The notes beneath the pieces are model-generated. The model worked only from the letters and a program-made list of their open reading frames with translations, did no database searches and was not told the origin of the DNA. This document shows, piece after piece, positions 12,585 through 26,109 of a stretch of DNA of 64,000 bases. The stretch spans positions 10,912,507 to 10,976,506 of the forward strand of contig CM119268.1 in assembly GCA_051294375.1 (NCBI GenBank). The letters run 5' to 3'. Positions within the stretch are counted from its first letter, which is position 1, and each line of letters begins with the position of its first letter. A program made the position numbers and the translations under genes. The DNA is from Paraspadella gotoi (taxonomy: Eukaryota; Animalia; Chaetognatha).

Positions 12585-14548
12585 CTAGAAAAAACAAAAG
12601 ATGTCGGTTAGTGATTTTAATGATGAAATCTGGAAATTAGTACATAAATGTTATGCATTTAATTCAAATCGGTAAGGAATGACCATTTAAAAAGGCAAGA
12701 AGTGCCAAGCTTTTAACATATTCATTTGATTAAATATTTAATTAAAGACCCTGCAGGGATTTTAACAACTCATTCGAAGCTGATCTCTGTTTTGATTTTT
12801 ATTCTAACGGATCAATTAAATCTCCGCCAACGTGATCCGAAGGAGAGAGAGAGAGAGAGAGAAAGAGAGACGAGACGGGAGAGGGCAGAGAGAGAGAGAG
12901 AGAGAGACCGGGGAACGGGAGGCCTCTGGCGGGCAGGTGAAGAAGAGCTATTGCGCGGGTCATAATCTCCTGACGGCTTTTGTGAAATCCGGCCGATTTA
13001 TAATCGTTGAGAGGTTGTAAATGACTGAGTTTCGACAGCCGAACACACAAATTTAGAAAAAGAATTGAGATCAAAACTCGAACGTCGTTTGATTGATATT
13101 TATCATAAACAAGTGTATACGTGCAAGAGAAGAACATTCAAAGCGTGAGAGAGAGAGAGAGAGAGATAGAAAAGTAAGTATCGACATTGATTGATGCACT
13201 TCTTTACGGTCGTCGTCGTCGTCGTTGTTGTTGTTGTTGTTTGGTGTGGTTTTTTTCCCCGAAAATTTTTAGATTATTGTTTCAAACTTCTCGAATGATA
13301 GATAGGCACGGTTAAAACTCGTTAAACTTATTAGTATCTTTTGTGACCACTGAGGGAAAAGTTCAAAAGATTAGACGGTTTATAGGATTACGGGTTATCT
13401 CTCTTTTTTTTGGTTACCAGATCCACAGATGGTAAGACAGATGGCTTCTCAGACTCAGATGGCGCGAGACACGGAGGGTTTCACATTTCGAAATTGGCTG
13501 AGACGCAGAAATGGTTACAATCTGTATTTTTCACACTTGGCCGTCGACTCGAGGGAGCGAGAGAAAGCTGCAATAATATAACCAGTGACATCGATGTGAT
13601 AAGTTCACTCTTTGCAGAGATGTTGTAGTAAATGAACATACAAAAACTATTCCTATAATGCCCAAATTACACAAACCAACTCCGCCAACAAGGACGCCCT
13701 CTACGGTGAAAAGAACGAACAACATCTGTTTGGGTCCGCGAACGGCGGTTGAAATCCAACTCAAACACCAGAACTCCGTTTCGAGCTCGGGGAATAACGG
13801 AAGTTCATTGTTTGACTTTCAGTTTTTCTTTGCATAAACACCTTCGGGCCAGACCGCGGGACCGCCGGACTTCTTACATAATTATGGCCCTTTTTTCATG
13901 TCGCGCGGGGAAAAAATTGATTTCCTTTTTATTTCTTTTTTTTTCTTTTCTTTTTTTTTCGCAGCATCGTTGTTGGAATGAGAAGAGCGTGAGTCTCGCG
14001 GAAGAGAATTTTTGACTTTGGTTTTATTGCGTCGTTACTATTTTTCTAATGAGTCAGAACTGTTCGAGTTTTTGAAAACACGTCAAGTTTTACTATCTTT
14101 TTTTTGCTTAAAAATGACGAGCATTGGTCATTGGGGATTTATGGTAATGTTTCTCGTAAGTGAGTGATGATATTTTATTACAGGTACATGCTGTCTTTTT
14201 TTGTAAATATTGATTTGCTACTTGCGCCTTCTGAGAGAAAGAGAGAGAAGAGGAGAGAAGAGAGAGAGAGAGAGAGAGGTGAAGAGAGAGAGGAGAGAGG
14301 AGAGAGAAGATTGAGAGATGGGAGAGAGAGAGGCAAAGAGAGAAGAAGAAATAAAAAAAATATGAAGAAAAGAGATAGGAACGAAGAGGATGATATTTGT
14401 TATGAGACGAGAAGAAGAGAGAGAGAGATGAGAAGAGATGTAGAGAGAGAGAACTCAAATGAGAAAAAGGATTGTTTTGGCCTCTTCGGGTCCCCAGGAA
14501 TAAGGATCGTCTCTCTGTTTTTTNNNNNNNNNNNNNNNNNNNNNNNNN

Positions 14549-14584
<36 letters not shown>

Positions 14585-15622
14585 CTCCCAATTGAGAAAA
14601 AGGATTTTTTGTTTTTGGCCTTTCGGTCCCCAGAGATGAAGGCATGGGTCGATTTTTAATTAAGATAGACGGAGAAACCTTTTTTCGGGGTTGGGGGGGC
14701 CAGGCTCAGGCCAGGCCCAGGCCTAGAGGAGAAAAGAAAAGGAGTGACTGTCTGCCTGACTTGCGCCCCCGGCGGAACTGAAAAAGAGGTCTGGATGTGA
14801 GAGCGACTGGCCCGAGGCCAAACCAGGAAAAGAAAATGGGTGGATGGGAAACTCTCGGTCCTAATGGGATGCCCCCATAAGAAGTTTGAAGAAAAAAAAN
14901 NNNNNNNNNNNNNNNNNNNNNNNNNNNNNNNNNNNNNNNNNNNNNNNTCTCTCTCTCTCTCTCTCTCTCTCTCGCTCTATCCGGAAAAAGATTAACCCAG
15001 AAGTCAGTAGTAACTCAAGAAAGTGGATGACCTTCCACGGGTCCCACAGCGAACCAAAGGTTGCGCCGATGGCAGAGAAATAACACATGAGGTAAAAAAA
15101 AAGTTTTTAGAGTTTTAGAGAAAAGCGAAAAGCTATTAAGGCAGAGGGGGTTAAGAAAGCCGTTGGCAGTCTTGAGACGGAGGTGGAAGATGTGGAAAAA
15201 AAAAAGTAGAGGGGGCGTAGAGAAAAGATTTAGGGTGGGGTTTAAAGTGGCAAAGGTGGGCGGCGGTGATATGATTGACGAAGTAATTAGGCAAAGAGGT
15301 GGGCTTGTGTGAATATTATAAAATAAAAACCTCATCTTCACAGGCTAAATTTGATTGAGACGTCACATGATAAAAACTGATTTTCGTGATCAATTTTTGG
15401 AGTAATTTTCATAAAATGAAGCGATGAAATCCTTAATTTTGTGAAGATTTTTTTTTAAAACTTTGGTGCCGTACCTTATTAAAAAAACAAATTGAAAAAC
15501 TTCTTTGTTTTTTGAAATAATGAATCGAAAGAAATACCGTCTGGTATAGAACAGATTATGATGATAAATTCATTTTTAAAATTTTTTTGAAAATCAAATT
15601 TTTTTCTCAAATTCCCGAGAGA

Positions 15623-15712
15623 TTTTTTAGTTGCGCCGCGAGTACTCGCGGAGCAACTCTATAAGTCACTTTTCGGTCGGTCCATCGATATATCTGCCCG
15701 TCTGTCTATCCT
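15623..15712 (+). mobile_element. Helentron/HINE (DINE-1-like) terminal fragment
   Basis: T-run, then hairpin AGTTGCgCCGCGAGT/ACTCGCGGaGCAACT, then CTATAAG and a degenerate (GTCY)n microsatellite. A homologous copy lies on the minus strand at 52848-52905. Confidence 0.55.
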
Positions 15713-15804
15713 ACTTTAAAAACCATATAATATAATATGCTTGTTGTTCATTTGATGCTCATTGCAATGAATGTCATAAATACACGGGCAAATAAAGTTT
15801 TTAG

Positions 15805-15880
15805 TCATGTCATGTCATGTCATGTCATGTCATGTCATGTCATGTCATGTCATGTCATGTCATATCATATCATATCATGT
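15805..15880. repeat. (CATGT)n pentanucleotide microsatellite grading into (CATAT)n
   Basis: Directly visible tandem array. Confidence 0.95.
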
Positions 15881-17379
15881 GATAAAAGGGAAATACAAGT
15901 AAAAATAAAGTCATTGCGGTGCAACACATTGGAATTACCGTTCTAGCTTTTTTTTAAGCATCGGTAAAATTTTTTTTTGGCTGATAAATTTCTAGTTAAT
16001 TTTCGCAAAATGATTTGATGAAACAGATTTTTGCCCATGAATCCCGAGTCCATTTTCGAAAAATTAATTTCCGCCGTAACCAAGGAAACGCGTTATCCAT
16101 GCCGAAAAATTTTTTTCGCGTTAGTCTCTGAATTTTAATAACGAGAGAGAGAGNNNNNNNNNNNNNNNNNNNNNNNNNNNNNNNNNNNNNNNNNNNNNNN
16201 NNNNNNNNNNNNNNNNNNNNNNNNNNNNNNNNNNNNNNNNNNNNNNNNNNNNNNNNNNNNNNNNNNNNNNNNNNNNNNNNNNNNNNNNNNNNNNNNNNNN
16301 NNNNNNNNNNNNNNNNNNNNNNNNNNNNNNNNNNNNNNNNNNNNNNNNNNNNNNNNNNNNNNNNNNNNNNNNNNNNNNNNNNNNNNNNNNNNNNNNNNNN
16401 NNNNNNNNNNNNNNNNNNNNNNNNNNNNNNNNNNNNNNNNNNNNNNNNNNNNNNNNNNTTCGTTAAAAAGTCGATGAGAAGGAAATTCGAGAAAGAAGAG
16501 ATCGACAAAGAGAATCCGTTGCCTCCACCGCCTGGATTCGACTGGCCATTTTCCGAAAACGACGACGACGACGACGACGACGACGACAACAACAAGGACG
16601 ACGACAACAACAACGACCAAACACCTTCGATTCAGAGCGACGACTTTTCCCTCCCTATTTTTTTTTTCGGTCCGTGCCGTCGCATCTTCAAACTTTCGTC
16701 GAAACTTTTTCCTTGATTGAGAAAACTCATGAGCTCTCACTCTCTCACTATCTTGTCCGTTCTCACTCTCTCTCTCTCTCTCTCTCTCGCTCTCTCTCCC
16801 TCTCCTTGTAGATTTAATTTTCTGGGTAAATTTCTGTTGGTTTATCGGCGTCGGGTTGTTTATTTAGCTCTGCCCCGTGGGAGGATGGGGCCGATATGCT
16901 TTCAATTCCTTTCCGACTTCTTCATTTTCCACATTGTTTTGATCGAATCTTTTTCGCGCCGCTAGAGGCGGGGCGAGGAATGAGCATCTCTACGGAGGAA
17001 GGGGGGAGTCCGACGAAGAAATAAAAAAGCAAAACAGAAGAACAATCCGAATTGAAATTGAACGAGGACGAGGCGTTATTCTTTGTAGAAGAATCTTATG
17101 TTTACTATTAAATTTTGTATAATTTTCTTTATTCCTTCGAACCACTTTTTATTAATTTTTTTTCTTTTGTTTTCGTTTTCTCGAGATCATCTTAAAACGC
17201 GAACTTTTTTAGCGACCAATTTCGGATTTAAAAATGTCATTTTGTCTTTTCGACGACGAATTGGAGAATGAGAAAAATTAAGTCTTTCGAACTCTGAGAC
17301 AATCCGCTCAAACTGGCTTGACGGTTTTTCTCACGCTTACTCTCCGTCTAACCGTAATATCGCATATTTCCGCAGCAAC

Positions 17380-18116
17380 TCGTTTTTGGCAAGAGAGAGA
17401 GAGAGAGAAGGAGAGAGAGAGAGAGAGAGGGAGAGAGAGAGAGAAGAGAAGAGGAGGAGAGAGAGAGAGAGAGAGTATTGAACTATTTCTAAAATACCCA
17501 CCTCCCACGGCGCAATACCGAGTAGTCATAAAAAAGACTCAGTTCCTTTTAAATAATCTTTCTATGCGTTTGCCGGTCGGCGCGCGCCAGGTTGCACCGC
17601 CTTTTACTCGCCGAGCGTCTTTCGAATTAAAAACCCGTAATTAAAGGATGTAAACAGATAAAAGGCCTGAGTCAGGACAAGATTTTCTGCGGGTTTTTCC
17701 TTCAGTCATCTAATTCCTTTCAGTCGACGATTTAATCCGCGCCTAAATCTCCCCTCGCCTGTTTCTTTGCCGGCTATTTTTTTTTTTCCAGATAGATTGA
17801 ACCACAAGAGAGAAGAGAGAGAGAGAGAGGAGAGAAGAACGAGGAGAGAAAAGAGCAGAGGAGTAGTATGAGAAGATAAAGAGAGAGAGAAGAGAGAGAG
17901 AGAAGAAAAAATGGGATCAACGCACCCGATTCTAGCGCGAAAACTTTGGAACCATATTGATTAATTTTACATGTTATTAGGCTTTGTCACTCGCTCCAGA
18001 TGGGGGTGTGAGATTGTTTTTTTTTTTTTGTTTTTTCAGTAGGAATAAGTTTTTCTTCTTTTTTTTTTTTTTGTTTTCTTTTCTTATTTCTCCTTTTTCT
18101 TCCTTCTTTTTTAGGC

Positions 18117-18154
<38 letters not shown>

Positions 18155-18665
18155 AGAGAAGAGAGAGGAGAAGAGAGAGAGAGAGAGAGGAGCAGAAGAC
18201 GGAACTTTCCCCCGACGGTCTAGAATTCGGTGGATTTTTTCTTCTCTCTTCTCCTCTCCTCTTCTCCTCTCTCTCTCCATCTTCTCCACTCCCCAGATCT
18301 CTCCCCTCTCTCTCTCATCTCTCTCTCTCCCCTCTGGTCACTCCTTCTCTCTTGGTTCAATCTATCTGGAAAAAAAATAGCGCAAAAAAAACGCGAGGGA
18401 GATTAGCGCGGATTATCGTCGAGACTTGAAAGGATNNNNNNNNNNNNNNNNNNNNNNNNNTAGATGCTGAAGAAAAACCCGAGAAAATCTTTGTCCTGAC
18501 TCAGGCCTTTTTATCTTTTACATCCTTTAATTACGGGTTTTTAATTCGAAGACGCTCGGCGATAAAGGGAGACCGCCGACCGGCAAAAGCAAAAAGATTT
18601 AAAAGGAACGAGTCTTTTTTATGACACTCGTATTGCGCCGTGGAGTGTATTTTAGAAATAGTTCA

Positions 18666-18734
<69 letters not shown>

Positions 18735-18740
18735 ACGATG
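17380..18740. repeat. Noisy inverted repeat (about 0.5 kb arms: ~17380-17880 and ~18260-18740)
   Basis: For example aaaaggcctgagtcaggacaagattttc (~17660) versus gaaaatcttgtcctgactcaggcctttt (~18483). The arms differ by many small indels and the right arm contains a 25-N gap. Confidence 0.85.
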
Positions 18741-21700
18741 CGATTAGTTAAAGATAACTGATTAAGAGAAAGAAATTATCGAGCTCAGACGATGTCACGG
18801 CGCCTCGCCACCTTTCACGGAAAGAAAAAAACAAATTTTGTAAATTTTCGATCTGAGTGGAGAGTGACAAAGTCGCGACAACCGCTGTCGAGTCTCTGGA
18901 CGTCCGATAACAAACTGGGCTACCCCTGCCTTCCCTCTCTCCCCTCCTTCCTGAAAAACTCGGTTTTCTTTACCGCTAAAAACCGACTCATTTGGCTTTT
19001 CTCTTTGCGTGAACCCACCAACGACTTTTTTAGACTTGTTTACCGGAACGAGAGAGATCGCCCCGGGCTAACTCGCTCTGTGGTGAAAAAAAANNNNNNN
19101 NNNNNNNNNNNNNNNNNNNNNNNNNNNNNNNNNNNNNNNNNNNNNNNNNNNNNNNNNNNNNNNNNNNNNNNNNNNNNNNNNNNNNNNNNNNNNNNNNNNN
19201 NNNNNNNNNNNNNNNNNNNNNNNNNNNNNNNNNNNNNNNNAGAGAGAGGCGCCCGACGAAGATTACTTTTACAGCGAAGATCTGTTACGATCAGAACGAA
19301 GGACAAATGTGAGACTCGATAAAAAGTCTATTTTTACAAAAAGCTGTGAACCATAACGATGACGAAGGGTCTATAATGTTTTTGTTAGGGATCATCCATG
19401 TTTACCATAGAGCAAAACCATCATTCAGGCGTTATTTAAGCTGTCAACAATTGCTCCGAAAATTGACAACTGTTTTGGAACGAAACCAGTTTTTTTGCTT
19501 CATTAGGTTTTTACTGTAATTTAGATCCTATTTCTTTGATGTCCCAGAGGACTCGACCCGGTCGAGAGAGGATTANNNNNNNNNNNNNNNNNNNNNNNNN
19601 TGCGCTCTCAGTAAACACTACGGGAATGTCGGAATCAAAGAGAAGAGAGAGAGAGGAGAGAGAGAGAGGATCGCACGAGAGAGCATGAGCACGAGAGTAC
19701 GATGGAGTCATTCTTGGGCATGCAATTGGCTGTCTCTGGAGTACATGTTGACGTACAGAGACGACGAGAGCGAGACTGCGTCAGGCGACGAGCGAGATTG
19801 TATCCTATATATTCATCCAACTCAATTCTATTCACTGACGCCCATAAAACGGAATACTCAGGGGGTCAGTGGTATCGCACGTCGCGGCCGTGGCTTAATG
19901 ATCATAAGATACATAGTACTACAATTACGACCGCTGAAAAGAAAAACACAGAGCACGCTTAATGTAGAGACGCAAGAGGGAAAAGAAATGGGAGGATAGA
20001 GAGATATTTGCAGTGAGTGATTAGAGACGAGAGAGAAACGAGTAGAGAGTACAAGTATGTAACGAGAGGAGCGCAAGTAGGAAGTGATGTAGAGCAGAGA
20101 GCAGAAAGAGAGAGAGGGGAGCAGCGCAGAAGAAGAGAGATGGTTTTGCTCAGTAAGTAGATAAACATGTGATATGCCCGTAACACACACGATCATCCAG
20201 TAGAAAGTCGCGCTCAAGCATCACGTAAATGTGCGTCATGCACGAGATATCGGAATTTGAAAAAAATATCTCACATGGCGTCTTTGTTGTAAGAGAATAG
20301 CAAACACTTTCTCATCAAACTGAAAAGACAGTCTACAAATAACTATAAGGAATTATGAAAATTCTACCATTTGCGAGATCTTTGAGGTATCAAGTAATAA
20401 CACTGAAATATCTTTCTTCTACGACGTAGATTTAGTATATACCACAAGTAACATTGGCAAATGACGTCACATTTGTACAGACGCAAACGGTGCGCTGCCA
20501 CGCGCAATCGGACGCTTCGTTTAATCCGCGTTAAACACGAACTTTCAGGGTCACTAAAAATACGATTACTGCGAGAAAAAAAAAACGAGAAAAGGCAAAG
20601 CGACCGACGACAAGATTACACACAAATCGTCGAGTCTGCGCGATAATCTTTATACGCAATTCTTTTTTCCTATCTTCTCCGTTTTCATAGCGCGAAAATG
20701 ATACTCTCGCTCTCCGGATGACGCGTTCGTGCACACTTAATAGTTCTGCGTTCATGTTTCTTTCCGTGTACATCCACGCTTACATCTGACGGCGTAATAA
20801 CAAGGTCCGGTTATCGACAACAAATATTTTGCTTAAGAGTTTATATATTTCTCTCTTGTCTGAATTGAGCCCCGACGCTTTTATTTTTTAAACAGCTTAC
20901 ATATTTTAATATTAAAGGTTTCAATCTCTAAGTGTCTCCATTTATTCTTGTTTCAAAAGGCTCTCATGTGGTTGAACTTTATCTATGCTACATTGAAATT
21001 TTGAATATCTGGTGCCTCACATTGGGTTAAATAATAACATTGTATATGGTTTTTGATTTTGTATTCTTAAAATCTGCCGATCACTTCTCCTAATCCATGG
21101 CTCTGTCTTTCTATTTTTATCTTTGTAATACTCATGGTACAGTCAAAAGTCGTCTGAGACATCGCATATAATTATGTCAGTCGGCTAGTTTTTAGGGAAG
21201 CAAGGAGTCGAGATCCTAGCTGACGAAGCCGATGCAGCGATCTCATCTCGATAATCGAGTATATTTTTAAATTTAAACATAGTTCGAATAAAAAAAGTGC
21301 GTATAGGTAGGATAATATTAGCAAGTTTTTTTGAGCCTGTTGCTCGTCTGGCTCTTTTGGCTTCATGCATGGGCTGGCTGCAGCCATCTTCGACTCTGCT
21401 AACTATGTATGAGAGACACAGTCTCTGCATAATCTGACGATTCTTTTTCTTACTGTCTTGCGCGACATTTTAACAGATCAATATCGCCTCCGATGATCTA
21501 TAAGGCTACATCACTTACCGCGAATTAGAAGACAGTAGAGGGAAGTCGAGCTGAACCGATAGTACCCACTGGCAGGTCTTGTTTTCTTTCCCTTTTCCAG
21601 CAGCATGCATCGATCCCATCCAATCGATTTGCGCATGTCTTAACAAATATGGCCCTCTCGAGGGAACTGGAGCCTGCCAGTCTGCGGAGACGAAGGTCGA

Positions 21701-22228
21701 GACAGCCCCACCGGCTCGATCAAATAGAGGTCAAAGAGCTGCTCAAATCTTCTCTCTCGACAAAGTTAGAGAGCCTCGACTTGTCTGCATTTGCACAAGC
21801 TTTTGACAGAGATGACGACACAAAGACTCGACGAAAACGACGATATTGTTTCACATTTGCTCTCCGATTGCGTGATATTTCACACTCGCAGTAGAATAGG
21901 TGAGACTTAGAAGCTTGAAAGACACCTATGTGCACTTATTTGATGTTATTCATTCAAATGAAAAATATCAGAGTTCGCATGCTGAACGCTTCGTATCATT
22001 TCGAATTTCGTTGTGAATAGCCAAAGAGAATTTGTTTTTATTTCTAGCACAACTTGTAATATCAGTTATTATTTCTAATTAGCGAATCAAAGATACGAGT
22101 GTTCCGACTCGAGAGTTTATGAGTAGATGTAAATGCACCAAGAAGCTCAACGCAGCGCGCGCTAGTAGAGGAGATGCGATATTTGAGATAATGATGATCT
22201 CAGTATCGATTGATCGCTCACGAGAGAG

Positions 22229-22264
<36 letters not shown>

Positions 22265-24093
22265 CACAGAAATTCTTAGAGAGGTTTTTGATTTTGTAAT
22301 GAAATGAAGAATATCTCTCTCTAGATAAGTATTATCTAATTACAAGTTAAAAAGATGATACAAACTTAAATACACATTCTCAATCTCACTCAAATGACTG
22401 CGGCAATAAGATAAACATGATATAATGAAAAATGGATCTACAAACCATTTTCATGATTGCCCGATCAGTTCGGCGGATGGAAAGTCGGGAGAAGAAAGAG
22501 AACCTCGCCGTTCCATTTTAGAGCATTACAGAGTGATTATATGTCGCTTCATGCGCCAACAGATTGGTGCCTCGGGGGTTTTGACGCATGGTCGGGGTTG
22601 GTCTCTTTTTGACCCGATATGTCACTCGTAGTGTTGTAGGATGTTTGGTCGGGAAACCGGGGTTTGATATGTCTGTCTTTGGCTGTTGGGATTGTTAGAC
22701 AATTTTTTATTATAGATATGTTGTACAGCTGGAGATTTAAAATAGCGTGTAAGAGAACGAAGATGTAAATGAAGAAAGAACAGTTTTAGAGGCTAGTAAG
22801 ACATGTGAAGAGAGTCGCCTCAGTGTGACGGTGCCCAGCGCACTCATATGAAGGGATGGGAATGAATATCCTAAGAGTAGTTCCAGTTCAAATATGAATT
22901 TAGAGAGAAAGGGGTTGTGATCTCCAAGGTTGAGGTCAGGGGTGATAGTAAGAGGAGCGGTGGTTTAACCAATGGTTATTGCCGGTGAGTTATTTAGGGG
23001 AGAATCAGAAGCTTACTCACAATTAAAAATTGATCTTAAAGGAGCCCCTTATTTTTGTCGAGTTGTATGAAGATAGACAGAACAAGATGATTCCGAGCTG
23101 AGTCAAAAGAGATTGGCTATAATGATTCAATAAAAGAAGCAAATAACCCAAAGTGTTCAGAAAACTTAATGGATACGTTATGCCCTTGGTAATGGAGGTG
23201 ACTCAAGAGGGCAGGTGTGTGCTAAGGAATCATTGATCTAGTATAGTTTTGGCGGCCATACCTCGATGGTGGTTGCCTTAGGTGTCATTTTGTCTGATGG
23301 ATGTCTGTTTTGGAGGATTACGTAAAGGTAGGCGTGAACGACGTCGAACTGACTCAGATAACCGCGCCCGCAAAAAAGCACGAGAAAGAGAAAAGGGAAA
23401 TTGAGGGTAGTTTAGGCACATGACAAATTGACAGAGAGCACGGCGAAAAAGCGCAGACGACGACGAAACGACGCAGGACGAGCAGAGCAGAGAGAGAGAA
23501 AGGAAGGAAGAAGAGCAGAAAGCGTAGCCGCGACGATCGTATGAGGTGGCGGCAGAGACCTGAGAAGGTGTATAGAGGGAGAGAAGCACATGTCGGCGTA
23601 CAACCACCGGAAATGGTTTTGGGAGACGTACTCAGATAGACACGACGCACGTTAGAAGACGAGAGAGGAGTAGAGACGCACAGAAGATAGAGATAGAAAT
23701 ATGAGAAGAGAGAGAGACGCATGCAGAGAGATGACGAGAGAGATGCGTGGATGAGGTCCTACGCCTGATAACCCATACTAATCATACGTTCAAGGAAAAT
23801 GTATTAGAAAATCTCTTCTGTAAGCAGAAAACCAATATTATATATAGCGTTTCTAAAACTACTTCTCCTTACACTCTTTTAACAAACAAACTTCTTTTTC
23901 ACATTTCACGTCAAGGAATAAAAGAATAATCCAATAAAATTATCTCTTTTCCTTGAGTCTGACCGTCATTAGCAGGAACTTAAGTTGTCAAAGCAAATAA
24001 CTGAAAGAAAACAAAAAGAGGAAAGGAAAAACTGAGTAAATGGCAAAAAGTGATAAGACGAAGAACAGGGTCATCACAGGAAGAGGAAATGAC

Positions 24094-24145
<52 letters not shown>

Positions 24146-24679
24146 AGAGAGAAGAGAGAGACGAGAGAGAGAGGAAAGGTAAGGGGGCATAAAAGAAAAG
24201 GAGAATGGCTTGGATGCCTTTTGCATATTAAAACTGAGGGGCAGTTATACGATGACTCCTCCCTTCATAAATCCAAAAGTACCTCCAATTACGCATGGCT
24301 CCACAAAGGTTCCCTTGCGGTAGGCGCGGGCCTAGAAAGAGAAAGGTGCTTCGCCCCCTGCCCCTGGCGACGCTCCTCCACCTCTGGGTCCCGAGGGCTT
24401 CCTCTCCCCTTTCGCCCTTTAAACGGGTTCCTATTGGATCTCATCCTACCGCTTTGGTCGATAAGAAAAATGAAGAAATGATTTTTCAGGGAGAGTTCAA
24501 AACAAGAATAGTATAACTCGTAAATAAGCAATATAAATTCACTTATTTACGGGGCGTATTTCCTCACAAAACTAGGGGCGCGATTTAAAAAAAAGATTAG
24601 ATAAATGATTTGAATATATCATGGCCAAAATCTGAACAATTTTCAAAAAAAATAGGCAAATTGAACAATCTAAACTTAC

Positions 24680-25460
24680 CCGTAAGGTGCAAGTGGACTC
24701 TCGACGATCTTTTTTATCCGATATCGAAAGAGCCAAATAAACTGAAGGCCGATTTCTTGGGCTGACGCTGCCGTTGAGCTCTCTTCTTGGCTGACCTGCG
24801 GTTGAGCTCTCGCCGAATCCGCCGTGAGCGTTGGCGTTTGGGCGGAGTTTAGGAAAGAACCCAAGGCCCGTGCCGACTCAGGCTGACCCCGAACCGTCGT
24901 CCGAAGAACCGAGACCAACCTCATTTTCTGTTTTAGACTCACTCATGAAAAAACTAAGATCAAATAAAGTTTTCTTGATATACGAGTTTGATTCACAAAG
25001 TATACTCTACTTTTTTTACGAAAAAAAAAAAAATACTTCCACCTAACCAAAAAATAATACAATAACGAATAAAAATAAGGAAAATGAGAGAAAATTTGAC
25101 ATTTTACGTTCCTCCGGAAGGATCGTATAAGCGGTAAAAACGGCGATGGAAGAAATGGATGGAAACCCCCGGACGCCCGCCCGCGGTTTTGGCCCCGCCC
25201 CGGCGCGGCCCCCCGGCGCCGAGCCCGACGAGGGGCCGGCGAGAAAGCCGACTGCTGCTTCCCGCCTCTCTTTTACTCTCTTTTTCTTATATATATTTTT
25301 TGTTTTTGGGCCGGGAGAACGAAGCCGCTCCGTCCGCAGCCACGCCAGAAGGCTGCCGAGTAGGCGCTCGCTTGCTCGTGCCGGGCGTACGGGCATGCAG
25401 GCAGGTATCCGCGTCGACCGCCGGGGCCTCCAGAGCCCTCTTCGTTGTTATGTGCCGCTT
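24680..25460 (-). promoter_or_regulatory. CpG/GC-rich island with probable upstream exon of the ZNF385-like gene
   Basis: Perfect minus-strand donor GG|GTAAGT at 24680/24679. Very GC-rich 25150-25450 with a GC box (ccccgccc at ~25193). The upstream boundary is uncertain. Confidence 0.5.
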
Positions 25461-25501
25461 ACGATCGCATGAGGGAGTTGAAAGGGAGAGAGAGAGAAGA
25501 G

Positions 25502-25553
<52 letters not shown>

Positions 25554-26071
25554 GAGAGGAGATCGGGCAGCAGAGGAGTAGCGCAGAGGTTGAAGGGAGG
25601 GTACAACCTGAGAGAAAGTGGAAGAGACCTTAAATCCAAGATAGAACGAGAAAGACCTGACTCAACTAATTTCGCAATCACACGCGGCTCCACCGACGCA
25701 GCAACGCTATTGTGTCACAGTTTTACCCTCTCGTCAACACACATGCGCCACTCTTGACAGTCCCAGCGGCTGAAGCCTTGATTCGCAGTGCACTCTTCCG
25801 AACACTCAAATATTTTTTTAAGTGAGGCGAGGATAGGTAATATTATGAAAAAATCAAATCATGGTTAAAATGTACAAGTTTTTAAGATGATCTCCGAATG
25901 AACAACAAGCAACGATTCAGGTCAAAGAGTTTGTCCTTTCCCGCGAAAGATCTCGCCAATTCTCTGTAAATGTCTTATGACTATTTTTCGTTTGGCAGTT
26001 TTAATCCGAAAATAATTTCAAAATTTTGAACGCAATATGAGATTACACAGAGAGAGAGAGAAGAGAGAGAG

Positions 26072-26109
<38 letters not shown>

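Noticed and set aside
14164-14595. ERERER / SLSLSL ORFs here and throughout the window
   Set aside because: Translations of (GA)n/(CT)n microsatellites.
21600-21894. Possible + strand exon after ttttccagcag (…MALSRELEP…)
   Set aside because: No recognisable peroxidasin or other homology and no matching donor.
22500-23270. Possible LINE reverse-transcriptase remnant on the minus strand
   Set aside because: Only a vague LYNI-like match; no QG or YADD motifs found.
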